NCBI GenBank assembly: GCA_963804955.1
Contig: CAWDSQ010000020.1
Coordinates: 64,001 to 128,000, forward strand
Source: an uncultured delta proteobacterium
GTDB lineage: Bacteria > Desulfobacterota > WTBG01 > CAIYCZ01 > CAIRTM01
Direction of reading: 5' to 3'
DNA length: 64,000 bases
In this document: piece after piece, positions 54,984-64,000 of the stretch
How the letters are laid out: the number at the start of each line of letters is the position of its first letter
How positions within the stretch are numbered: the first letter of the stretch is position 1
Notes under the pieces: generated by a model
Databases searched by the model: none
Told to the model about the DNA's origin: nothing
The model's input: only the letters and a program-made list of their open reading frames with translations
Translations under genes and position numbers: made by a program

Positions 54984-56243
54984 CTATTTTGACAGTTTGA
55001 CTATTGTTTCTACATGAAAAGTGTGCGGAAACATATCAAAAGGCTGAATTGCATCAATGGTGTAGCCCCTGTCGACCAGCACGCGCAAATCGCGTGCAAG
55101 CGTAGACGGGTCGCATGAAACATAGACTATGACGGAAGGGCTCTTTTCTGCCAGCAGATGCAGGGTTCGCGCTTCGCAGCCGCCTCTGGGCGGATTAATA
55201 AGAATGCCGGCATAGTTTTTTGCTAAACCGTTTTCACCCAGATCATCAATATTGGCGGCATGAAATTGCACATTTTCGATATCATTGAGGCGCGCATTAT
55301 TCCGCGCCTCAATGATGGCGGCTTTATTTGAATCAATGCCGGTTATTGTCGCGCTGTTTTTTGCAAGGAACAGGCTGAAATTGCCGCAGCCGCAAAATAA
55401 ATCAAGAATGTCGCTGCCGGCTACCGGCTCCATAAATTTTAGAACCTGACGTATCATGGCAAGGTTCTGCTGCCTGTTGACCTGGTAGAAAATTTCAGTG
55501 TCCCGCAGAAACATCAGCCCTTCAACAGACTCTGTTAGTGGCGATTGCTGCTCTCCGGCCGTACCGGAGGCGGTATTTATGACCAGCTTTTTTTTTTTTC
55601 TATTTTTCCGGTCCAGCCACAGGCTCAGGACTGCCGTGGTGTTTTTAACGGCAAGAAGCTGCAGCTCGGTATAGCCCGCTGTTTCCTGCCGGTTGTGACG
55701 CAGAAGCTGGCGGCAGATTTCCAGTGCCTGTATGAGCTCGGGCTCAAGCAGCAGGCAGTCGGTAATCCGGACTAAGGTATGAGTTTTTGTTTGATAGAAA
55801 CCTATGGCCGGGTTTTTTCGACCATCAATTTTCAGTGCTGCACGGCTGCGGTAGCGGGTTTGAAGAGGGGAGGGGGCAGGTGGGGATACTTCGCAGTCAT
55901 ACAATTTTCCGATTCTGACAAGGCAGTCTTTTAAAGTAGCCGCTTTATAGTCCAGCTGCTGAGGATAGCCGATATGCTGCCACTGGCAGCCTCCGCACAG
56001 GCCGGCAAGAGGACAGGGGGGGACTGTCCTTTCAGGCGATGCTTCAAGAATATCCAGCAGAGTAGCTTTAAGATACTGGTTCCGATTCTCATCAATGCGC
56101 GCCAGGACAGTTTCGCCTGGTAGAACCCCCTCAACAAAGCATGTTTTGCCGTTCATGCGGGCAAGGCCTGCGCCGCCATGGACAAGCTTTTCAATGGTCA
56201 GTGTCAGTTTTTGTTCATCAGGAGAGTGTTCTTTTTTGTTCAT
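54984..56243 (-). CDS. rlmD: 23S rRNA (uracil-5)-methyltransferase RlmD/TrmA family
   Basis: TRAM domain, CGGCQWQH, LDLFCGCGNF, YVSCDPSTLARD, DMFPHTFHVE. Confidence 0.88.
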   Translation of the reverse strand: MNKKEHSPDEQKLTLTIEKLVHGGAGLARMNGKTCFVEGVLPGETVLARIDENRNQYLKATLLDILEASPERTVPPCPLAGLCGGCQWQHIGYPQQLDYKAATLKDCLVRIGKLYDCEVSPPAPSPLQTRYRSRAALKIDGRKNPAIGFYQTKTHTLVRITDCLLLEPELIQALEICRQLLRHNRQETAGYTELQLLAVKNTTAVLSLWLDRKNRKKKKLVINTASGTAGEQQSPLTESVEGLMFLRDTEIFYQVNRQQNLAMIRQVLKFMEPVAGSDILDLFCGCGNFSLFLAKNSATITGIDSNKAAIIEARNNARLNDIENVQFHAANIDDLGENGLAKNYAGILINPPRGGCEARTLHLLAEKSPSVIVYVSCDPSTLARDLRVLVDRGYTIDAIQPFDMFPHTFHVETIVKLSK

Positions 56244-56467
56244 AATCGGGGCTCTGCATGGCAGTGCCGGGGCATAAACCGGCCGCATACTGGTTTATTG
56301 CGTTGAAAAAATGTTTGTGTACGATGCGTTTGAACTAAACGTGAAGGGTGATTTTATTGTGGAAAAGCCCATGTTCTTCGGCTTTTATTTGTGTCTTCAC
56401 GAAAACCATCATCTGTGGCGCCGGATTTCGTGCAGAAGCAACTCAAACACTGCGTGTTCCTGTTGAT

Positions 56468-56860
56468 TTAAAACTGGGGTAGTGTTTTTTCATCGACGAA
56501 TTGAAGTCCGAAGTTGTAGCCGCCTTTTTCTGTGTGTTTTACCCAGATAAGATGCGCCGTGCGGCTCACGGTTTCCCCGTTCTGTTTATAGCGCATCTCA
56601 AAAGGCAGATCGCCGGATGTTTTGAAGCTGATACCGGTTCCCGACACATTAACTGCTTTTGCCTTGATAAGATCAAAAGCGCCAATACACTCAATAGCAG
56701 CTCTAAGCGGCACGCGGTTTCCCCGTGTGCCTGAGGTTGTGGACAGTGCTGATTTTTTGTCTGCACAGGGCTTCTGCGAAATCTCCAGCTTTGCAATCCT
56801 TTTGCGCAGTGCATTCAGCTCGGTAATCAGTTCGCTTTTGGTTTTTCGCGTGTCTGACAT
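56468..56860 (-). CDS. PilZ domain protein with N-terminal coiled coil
   Basis: RGNRVPL, NVSGTG, FGLQF. Confidence 0.7.
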   Translation of the reverse strand: MSDTRKTKSELITELNALRKRIAKLEISQKPCADKKSALSTTSGTRGNRVPLRAAIECIGAFDLIKAKAVNVSGTGISFKTSGDLPFEMRYKQNGETVSRTAHLIWVKHTEKGGYNFGLQFVDEKTLPQF

Positions 56861-56984
56861 ATGTTCCCCCTATTAAATTTACACAAAACACAAATTTTTT
56901 AGAGTAATGAATTGTGTCATATTCTTTAAAATAAGGTTATTTATAATAAAGCATTGTCGGTGCCAATTGTCAAGAAGGATAGTA

Positions 56985-57986
56985 TCAGAGCGGCCATCGG
57001 GATATGGCATTCATTTCATACGGAAAAGGCAGTTCAGCAGAGAGTTTTAAAGATCCTGCTTTGGCTATCATTGCAGCATTATCGGTGCAGAGAATGGTCG
57101 AAGGCAGATACACTGCAATACCCTTTATCTGCGCCTGCTGCTGCACGTGAATGCGAAGGCGGGAGTTTGCAGCAACGCCGCCGGTCAGCGTTACGGCTTT
57201 GACTTTGTTTTCGATGCATGCCCTGAGCGTTTTTGCGACAATCAGATCGACGACTGCTTCCTGAAAAGAAGCTGCAAGATCAGGTAAAGCGCTTTCAGGA
57301 ACACCCCCGGGAAAATTATTTTTTACATGATACAAAACAGCCGTTTTAAGGCCGCTGAAACTGAAATCATAATTTTGGTCATGCAGCATGGGGCGGGGAA
57401 AAACAACAGCATCAGGGTTGCCGCTGCGGGCAAGGGTGTCGATGACTAAGCCCCCCGGATATCCGAGCCCCAGCAGTTTTGCGACTTTATCATACGCCTC
57501 ACCTGCTGCGTCATCGCGCGTTTTTCCAAGAAGCCTGTAGGAGCCTGCTTTTTCCATATAATAGATATTGGTATGGCCCCCGGAGACGACCACGGTGATA
57601 TTGGGCAACGGAATGGAATGTTCAAGATGTGGCGCCAGTATATGCCCTTCAAGATGATTAACGCCAACCAGCGGAATATGCTGCGCATAGGCGATTGCTT
57701 TAGCCGCATTGATGCCCACAAGCAAAGAGCCGATAAGGCCCGGCCCCTGGGTAACGGCTATGCCATCAATGTCAGCAAGCCCCATATGCGCTCTGTCCAG
57801 AGCCTCACGGATTACAGGGATTATGTTTTCCTGATGTTTGCGAGATGCTATTTCAGGAACAATGCCGCCGTATTTTTTGTGATAGTCGATTTGCGTTGAA
57901 ATAACGTTTGAAAGTATTTCACGGTCATCCCTGACGATGGCTGCCGCTGTTTCATCGCATGAAGTTTCTATGCCCAGTATAATCAT
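56985..57986 (-). CDS. tsaD: tRNA N6-adenosine threonylcarbamoyltransferase
   Basis: ILGIETSCDET, HLEGH, VSGGHT, DDAAGEAYDK, CTDNAAMIA. Confidence 0.97.
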   Translation of the reverse strand: MIILGIETSCDETAAAIVRDDREILSNVISTQIDYHKKYGGIVPEIASRKHQENIIPVIREALDRAHMGLADIDGIAVTQGPGLIGSLLVGINAAKAIAYAQHIPLVGVNHLEGHILAPHLEHSIPLPNITVVVSGGHTNIYYMEKAGSYRLLGKTRDDAAGEAYDKVAKLLGLGYPGGLVIDTLARSGNPDAVVFPRPMLHDQNYDFSFSGLKTAVLYHVKNNFPGGVPESALPDLAASFQEAVVDLIVAKTLRACIENKVKAVTLTGGVAANSRLRIHVQQQAQIKGIAVYLPSTILCTDNAAMIAKAGSLKLSAELPFPYEMNAISRWPL

Positions 57987-58074
57987 ACACCATATTACCT
58001 GTTGTGTTTTTACCTGCACGGAAGTAAAATTCTATGCAGGTATGCTGCTTTAATCACTTAAACGAGCTAGTACA

Positions 58075-59787
58075 ATGGAAATTAAAACGGATTTTCTCAT
58101 CATCGGATCAGGCATTGCCGGACTCAGCTATGCACTGAAAATCTGCGCCTATGGAAGCGTTGCCATTATCACTAAAAAAGATAAGAAGGAGTCAAACACC
58201 AATTATGCTCAGGGCGGTATTGCAGCAGTGGTTGATGCCGATGATTCCCCTGATTTCCATTTTGACGACACTATAACAGCAGGGGATGGTTTGTGCAAGA
58301 CTGATATCGTCCGTATTGTTGTCACAGAAGGTCCTGAACGGATTCGCGATTTGCTCAACTGGGGCGTGCCTTTTTCGCGCAGCAAAAAAAACAGATCATC
58401 TGAATTCGACCTTGGCAGAGAGGGCGGTCATTCCCGGCGAAGGATACTGCATGTAAAAGACCTTACCGGCCAGGAAATTGAAAAAATTCTGCTGCAGAAA
58501 ATACAGGATAATCCAGGCATTCAAATATATGAAAACAATATCTGCATAGACCTCATAACGGCAAAAAAACTCGGGCAGAAAAACATCCCGAAGAATGTAT
58601 GCTATGGGGCCTATGTTCTTGACCGGATCACGGGGCAGGTGAACACATTTGTTTCAAAGGTAACGCTTCTTGCAACAGGCGGGGCAGGAAAGACCTATCT
58701 GTATACGACAAACCCGGATATATCCACCGGAGACGGACTTGCTGCAGCCTACCGGGCAGGAGCCCGCATTGCCAATATGGAGTTTATACAGTTTCATCCA
58801 ACCTGCCTCTATCATGCCGACGCGAAAAATTTTCTCATTTCTGAGGCGGTACGGGGAGAAGGAGCCATTCTGCGCCTGCGTGACGGCACGCCGTTCATGG
58901 CGAAATACCATGAGCTTAAAGATCTTGCTCCGCGTGACATTGTGGCGCGCGCCATTGATGCGGAGCTTAAGAAAAGCGGCGATGACTGTGTCTATCTGGA
59001 TATTACACACCGCCGTTCCAGCTTTATTAAGGGGCGTTTCCCCAATCTGTATAAAAAATGCCTGAGTTTCGGTCTTGATATGACTGCACAGCCCATTCCC
59101 GTTGTGCCTGCCGCCCATTATATCTGCGGCGGAGTCCTGACGGATGAGTATGGCGAAACAAATATCAGCGGTCTTTTTGCCGCAGGCGAGGTTGCCTGCA
59201 CGGGACTGCACGGGGCAAACCGCCTGGCGAGCAATTCGCTGCTTGAAGCGCTTGTTTTTTCACATCGTGCCGCAATCAAGTCCATACAGCAGGTCCACCG
59301 GCGCACGTATCCCAGGGTGGCTATTCCCCCCTGGGATTCCGGCAATGCCCTTGATATTGAAGATCTGGTCGTTATTTCCCACAATTGGGATGAAATCCGG
59401 CGCTTGATGTGGAATTATGTCGGCATTGTCCGCACGACAAAACGTCTTGAACGGGCATGGGCCAGGATTCAGATGCTGCAGAAGGAAATAACCGAATATT
59501 ACTGGAATTCCATCATTACTTCTGATTTGATCGAGCTTCGAAACATTGCAACAGTGGCAGGCCTTATCATTGCCTCCGCCCTCAGGAGAAAAGAAAGCAG
59601 AGGGCTGCATTTTACTATCGATTATCCGAAAAAAGTTTTACGTCTTGCTCAGTCTGACACCATTATACAAGTCCGGCCGCGGATAAGCACGGTGCTCAAT
59701 CGGGTTATCTCAACAGCGAAGGCCCGCAATAAGAGCAAACCTTCCCGTTTTTCCCTTTTCTCCACGGTGAGAAAAGAAGAGGTTTAA
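58075..59787 (+). CDS. nadB: L-aspartate oxidase (3' end may be extended by an indel)
   Basis: [39 protein letters not shown]. Confidence 0.95.
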   Translation: MEIKTDFLIIGSGIAGLSYALKICAYGSVAIITKKDKKESNTNYAQGGIAAVVDADDSPDFHFDDTITAGDGLCKTDIVRIVVTEGPERIRDLLNWGVPFSRSKKNRSSEFDLGREGGHSRRRILHVKDLTGQEIEKILLQKIQDNPGIQIYENNICIDLITAKKLGQKNIPKNVCYGAYVLDRITGQVNTFVSKVTLLATGGAGKTYLYTTNPDISTGDGLAAAYRAGARIANMEFIQFHPTCLYHADAKNFLISEAVRGEGAILRLRDGTPFMAKYHELKDLAPRDIVARAIDAELKKSGDDCVYLDITHRRSSFIKGRFPNLYKKCLSFGLDMTAQPIPVVPAAHYICGGVLTDEYGETNISGLFAAGEVACTGLHGANRLASNSLLEALVFSHRAAIKSIQQVHRRTYPRVAIPPWDSGNALDIEDLVVISHNWDEIRRLMWNYVGIVRTTKRLERAWARIQMLQKEITEYYWNSIITSDLIELRNIATVAGLIIASALRRKESRGLHFTIDYPKKVLRLAQSDTIIQVRPRISTVLNRVISTAKARNKSKPSRFSLFSTVRKEEV

Positions 59788-60522
59788 ATTGCAGGCTGTG
59801 CAGAGCCAGGACAACTCGATGTGCCCGGGCGCAAGACCTGACTCAATAAGCTGCTGCCTGTTTGCCTCCTGCAGATCAAGAGAAAATATAGTGTCTGCTG
59901 CTTCAGGCATGAGGAACCGCTTATTTCCCGCAGCTTTTTGAAAGCATTCAGCCACATCTTTCCTCACCTCATAGCAGCAGGGGCCGATTGACGGGCCGAT
60001 ACCGGCCCGTATTTTTTTTATATCGCACTGGTAGTTTTGCACCATAAGCCCAGCTGCTTTAGCCGCAATGCCACCGGCCGTTCCTTTCCACCCGGCATGT
60101 ACGACAGCAAGCGCATGTCTGTCCGGTTCATATAAGATGACCGGTACGCAATCCGCCACTCGCACCAGGAGCGGTATGTTCGGCACAGCGGTTATGAAAC
60201 CGTCATAGCCATCAAGCACATGGGCTGCAGGGAAGGGTTTTGATCGTGCCGGAGCATCAGTTATAAGGGCTATTTCGGTTCCATGCACCTGATGCGAACT
60301 GACCACCGTTTGAAGATCAAAGCCCATGACCCGGGACAGACGCCCGTAATTTTCTTGCACATTTACTGCACTATCGCCTGTATTACCGCCGAGATTCAGA
60401 CTGCTGAAAGGCTCAGGGCTTACTCCTCCTGAACGCGTGGTTACGGCGTGAAAAAGTTCAGGAAAGCCCGACAGGTTTTTGAATTGTGCGAACTCAAGAT
60501 CATTTTTTACTATGAAATCCAT
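59710..60522 (-). CDS. pgeF: Peptidoglycan editing factor/purine nucleoside phosphorylase PgeF (YfiH)
   Basis: [31 protein letters not shown]. Confidence 0.92.
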   Translation of the reverse strand: MDFIVKNDLEFAQFKNLSGFPELFHAVTTRSGGVSPEPFSSLNLGGNTGDSAVNVQENYGRLSRVMGFDLQTVVSSHQVHGTEIALITDAPARSKPFPAAHVLDGYDGFITAVPNIPLLVRVADCVPVILYEPDRHALAVVHAGWKGTAGGIAAKAAGLMVQNYQCDIKKIRAGIGPSIGPCCYEVRKDVAECFQKAAGNKRFLMPEAADTIFSLDLQEANRQQLIESGLAPGHIELSWLCTACNLNLFFSHRGEKGKTGRFALIAGLRC

Positions 60523-60742
60523 TGCTGTGCCCTGTGCTATGCTGGTTTAGACATATAATATTTAAATTTGCAGACTACTCATCTAAATCTCTCCCACAAG
60601 AGACCAGGGAGTCTGTTTTTTCCCTCACTTGATGGGAGGGATGAAGGGGAGGGCGCCTGCAATAGATAATAAAAAATGTGAAGACCCGTTGAGTGTATGG
60701 TTGTCGGTGGTAATCGATATCCTGTGTCAATCACATGGATAT

Positions 60743-61452
60743 TCAGGCCGATTGAAAGTGCTTTAATGTAAACACCTCATGTTCATAGTGCAGATAATAT
60801 CCTGAATTGTCATCCCATGCCGGCAGTGCATGAAAGACATGAGCTCCGGATTGAAAAGTTTCCGGCTGGTGCGTATGGCCGCAGATGACATAGTCGATGC
60901 CGTCATTGAATTTTTTTTCAATTGCATTTCGGGTGAAACAAAATCGGGACGGGTCCTGGGCCTGTATAACTTTTTTGCTTTGCAGCATGAATTTGCCTGC
61001 CAGATAATTTTCAATGCATCCGGGAAGCACCCTGTCAGCCATTTTAAACAAAGGCCACATTCGGGCCCTGTACTGCAGAAACTGCGTGTCTGATAAACAA
61101 AGCGTATGCCCATGGGCTAGAAAAAAGTTTTTGCCGTCAATATCGACCGCAGCCTCTTCACCAAGATAGCGTATGCCAAAGCGCTCAACCATTTTTTTGC
61201 GCAGAAGAAAATCACGGTTTCCAATCAGCAGCCCAACCGTGCAGCCCCTGCTTATTAGCGCATGCAATTTTTCAAAAACCCATGCATGTGCGGTATAAAC
61301 GGTTTTATTATTGGCCCAGAAATCAAACAGGTCGCCGATAATATACAGGCTTCCGCCGGCTCACATTGTCGAGAAATGAACTAAACAAATCCTTTTTGAT
61401 CTGTATTGTTGATGTTCAAGTGAACATCTGCAACAAAATAGGTGCCGGCCAT
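60743..61452 (-). CDS. lpxH: UDP-2,3-diacylglucosamine diphosphatase-like metallophosphoesterase (frameshifted)
   Basis: FVADVHL, GDLFDFW, GNRDF, AHGH, CGHTH. Confidence 0.8.
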
Positions 61453-61545
61453 TTGTTCTTTTCGCCTCTGGCTATTTATGATAGAACCCAACATAGCATA
61501 CTTGACTGGAAGCACAAAAGAATTTGTTGCAGTATTGGAGATCAA

Positions 61546-62613
61546 ATGAAAGATATTATTAAAAGTTTTTTTTATAGCTAAATCAGGCACTTCTATTTTT
61601 TTTCTAAGTATTAGTTTTAGGTTTTTTCTGGTGCAGCTTGTGTCAGTGCCGATAATTCAACATTTGTTACTGAACAACGGCAATTGCTGCATACATTCGT
61701 CGAAATTAAGGCATATGGCGATAATGCCAGTGCAGCTATTGCCGCCGCCTTTAATGAAATGGAGCGGGTAAACAGGCTCCTGAACAACTATGACAATTCA
61801 AGCGAGATCTCAGCCATCAACAGAAATGCCGGCGGTGCGGCTGTGCCGGTGAGCTCTGAGACTGCGGAGATTCTGCAGGCAGCCATTAAGATTCGGTAAA
61901 CTTTCCGGTGGTGCGCATGATGTCACCATCGGTCCGCTTTTGAAGTTGTGGGGCTTTGCACAGGAACAGCCGGGGCTTGAAGGTGCAGTGCCTGATGCGG
62001 CACAGATTAACGCGGCCAAAGCGCTTGTCGATTACCGCGCGCTGCAGCTTCTTCCGCAAACGGTTAGCGGCAAATCGCTGTACAGCGCCCGTCTTGCAAA
62101 AAGCGGGCATGTGGATTGATATGGGATCGATCTCAAAAGGCTACTGCGCAGACCGGGCCATAGCTGTGCTGAAAAAATATGGCATTCAACAGCGCCCTTG
62201 TAGCGGCAGGCGGCACTATTGCACCATCGGCCGCAAGCCCGATGGCTCGTTCTGGAAAGTTGCCGTGCGCCATCCTCGCAAAGAAGATGATTTTATGACC
62301 TTTGTGCCTCTTGTGAACGCCTCAATTTCTACCTCCGGCGATTATGAGCGTTTTTACATGAAAAACGAAAAACGGCTAGGCCACATTATCGACCCGCACA
62401 CGGGCAAACCCGTCGAGCGCATGCAGTCGGTATCGGTAATTGCTGCCACAGGTCTTGAAAGCGACTGCTATCGACACGACGATCTTTGTGCTGGGCCCGG
62501 AGAAAGGCAAAAAGCTGATAGACAGCCTGCCGGGAACCTCAGCACTGCTCGTTTCTCATGACGGCAGGATCAGCATGTCGGAGAAGTGGCCGGAAAAAGT
62601 CGTATTATATTAA
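61546..62613 (+). CDS. apbE: FAD:protein FMN transferase (frameshifted)
   Basis: SEISAIN, DMGSISKGYCAD, WKVAVRHPR, STSGDYER, HIIDP. Confidence 0.88.
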
Positions 62614-64000
62614 AAGGTGGAAGCTTGTTTGTGCTGTTGTTATGTCCAGTTTTTTGCCATCGGTTTTAATGGTGATGGCGCCGCACTGTTCAGTTACATA
62701 GGTGTTGATATTTAACTGTCTCTAATCGTTTTTTAACATCCGGGTGCGGTGTCTGCCGTTTTCCGAACGATCTGCCGCTGACAATGGCAACAGAGGGCTG
62801 TACGGCCTTGAGAAATGCCTCACTGCATGAGCTCTGCCCGCCATGATGAGGGACCTTAAGTACTGTTGCTGAAAGATCAACCCCGGCCTGTATGAGTTTT
62901 GATTCCTGTTCTTTTAAAATATCAGCGGCAAACAGAAAACTCACTTCACCGTAGGATATCTTTAAGCACTAAGGAATTATTGTTGGTTGCGCCCTGGTCT
63001 TCATCGAGCATGTTCAGGGTATCATCTGTAAGGATTAAGAACAGTAATAGTCACTGTGCCGATTGTGCGCTTTTCCGTATCTCTCTTGCAGGCAATAATG
63101 GCGGCTTTGTTTAGTCAATGCCGTTTCCATCAGTGCCTGATAGGGCTCCAGAAATGAATTTTCGACCATTATGCCATAATTCGTCCGTAGCAAATTTTCT
63201 GGCTATGTAGGGCAGGCCGCCGACATGGTCCCGGTGGGGATGGGTTAAAACAATATAATCAACTTTTTTTATGCCACGTGAATACAGGTAGGGGGCAATG
63301 ACTGCTTTACCCATATCGAAGCTGTCATCCATAAGTCCGCCGCCATCGATAAGCATCACCTCTTTATTGGGCAATTGTTATGACAGCGCAGTCTCCTGCG
63401 CCGACATCAAGAAATGTAACAGACAGACTATCATCAGGCCGGTTGGCATAAAGCGCTTGAGCACATTCTGCACCCAAAAAAACCAAACAGTCCACAGCCA
63501 TACAGTATCCACTGCTTCTTTGTACGGCATACAGCCGACAGGATAAGCAAACCGTAAAAAAATACCACCTCCCAGAACAGTGGAGTCGGCAACGGTAATG
63601 CCATCACCAAGCGCGGCATAGAATATATCAGAAAGAGAGAGAAAAAAATCAGTGCAGAGTGCCGGCAGCTTTAAAAAGCAGTGCAGCTCCGGGCTGCCAG
63701 ATAAAAACCATCATTGCAGCAGCAAGCCCCAGCGGCACAAGGAGAAATCCTGCAAGGGGCACCATGACCAGGTTTGTAATAAAACCTGAAGGTGCGAATG
63801 TGTGAAAATAGAATGCCACAATCGGAGCTGTTCCCAGCATTGCAGCAGCTGATGACAGCAGAGAATCACCTGTATAAGCGGCTAGTTTTGCCCGCAGCGG
63901 TGATGTTTTTTTGAAAGGATCAGATTCTTTTTTTGTCAATAAGCTGTTTCCATGCGGGAACAAGAATGATCAGGCAAAAAACAGCAAGAAACGAGAGCTG
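62610..64000 (-). CDS. comEC: Competence protein ComEC/Rec2 (partial, frameshifted)
   Basis: MLIDGGG, LTHPHRDHVGG, KVPHHG; membrane segments upstream. Confidence 0.88.

Noticed and set aside
59710..59787. Genuine nadB/pgeF antisense overlap
   Set aside because: More likely a missed nadB stop caused by an indel near the 3' end

Overview
A 64 kb chromosomal window, most likely from an anaerobic deltaproteobacterium (Desulfobacterota-like; inferred from gene content only). Many genes, including essential hisS, are split by single-base indels, which points to uncorrected long-read errors rather than true pseudogenes. Layout: (1) 1-4.4 kb: end of a probable secreted protein, a TIR-flanked HUH/RAYT-type transposase element and nhaA. 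(2) 4.5-29.3 kb: an anaerobic redox/catabolic cluster with two SDR paralogs, two geranylgeranyl-reductase-like flavoproteins, three GlcD-like FAD oxidoreductases with two CCG Fe-S partners, a thiolase, DUF1329, split-barrel proteins, MarR and three TetR-type genes. Its core is a MarR-SDR-V4R/ATC-like operon ending in two tandem ferredoxin-dependent bilin reductase (FDBR)/RCCR-like genes, the first fused to its own 2x[4Fe-4S] ferredoxin. No heme oxygenase, phytochrome or phycobiliprotein gene is in the window. This is the best candidate for an undescribed system. (3) 29.6-45.9 kb: an accessory mosaic (toxin-antitoxin pair, PD-(D/E)XK nuclease-like, NYN-LOTUS, glycosidase-like, chelatase-like, REP-like repeats) ending at tRNA-Ser. 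(4) 46-64 kb: housekeeping genes (hisS, tRNA-Gln/Glu, pepD, dapL, amrS, rlmD, tsaD, nadB, pgeF, lpxH, apbE, comEC). All family calls come from motif recognition by eye; no database search was run.
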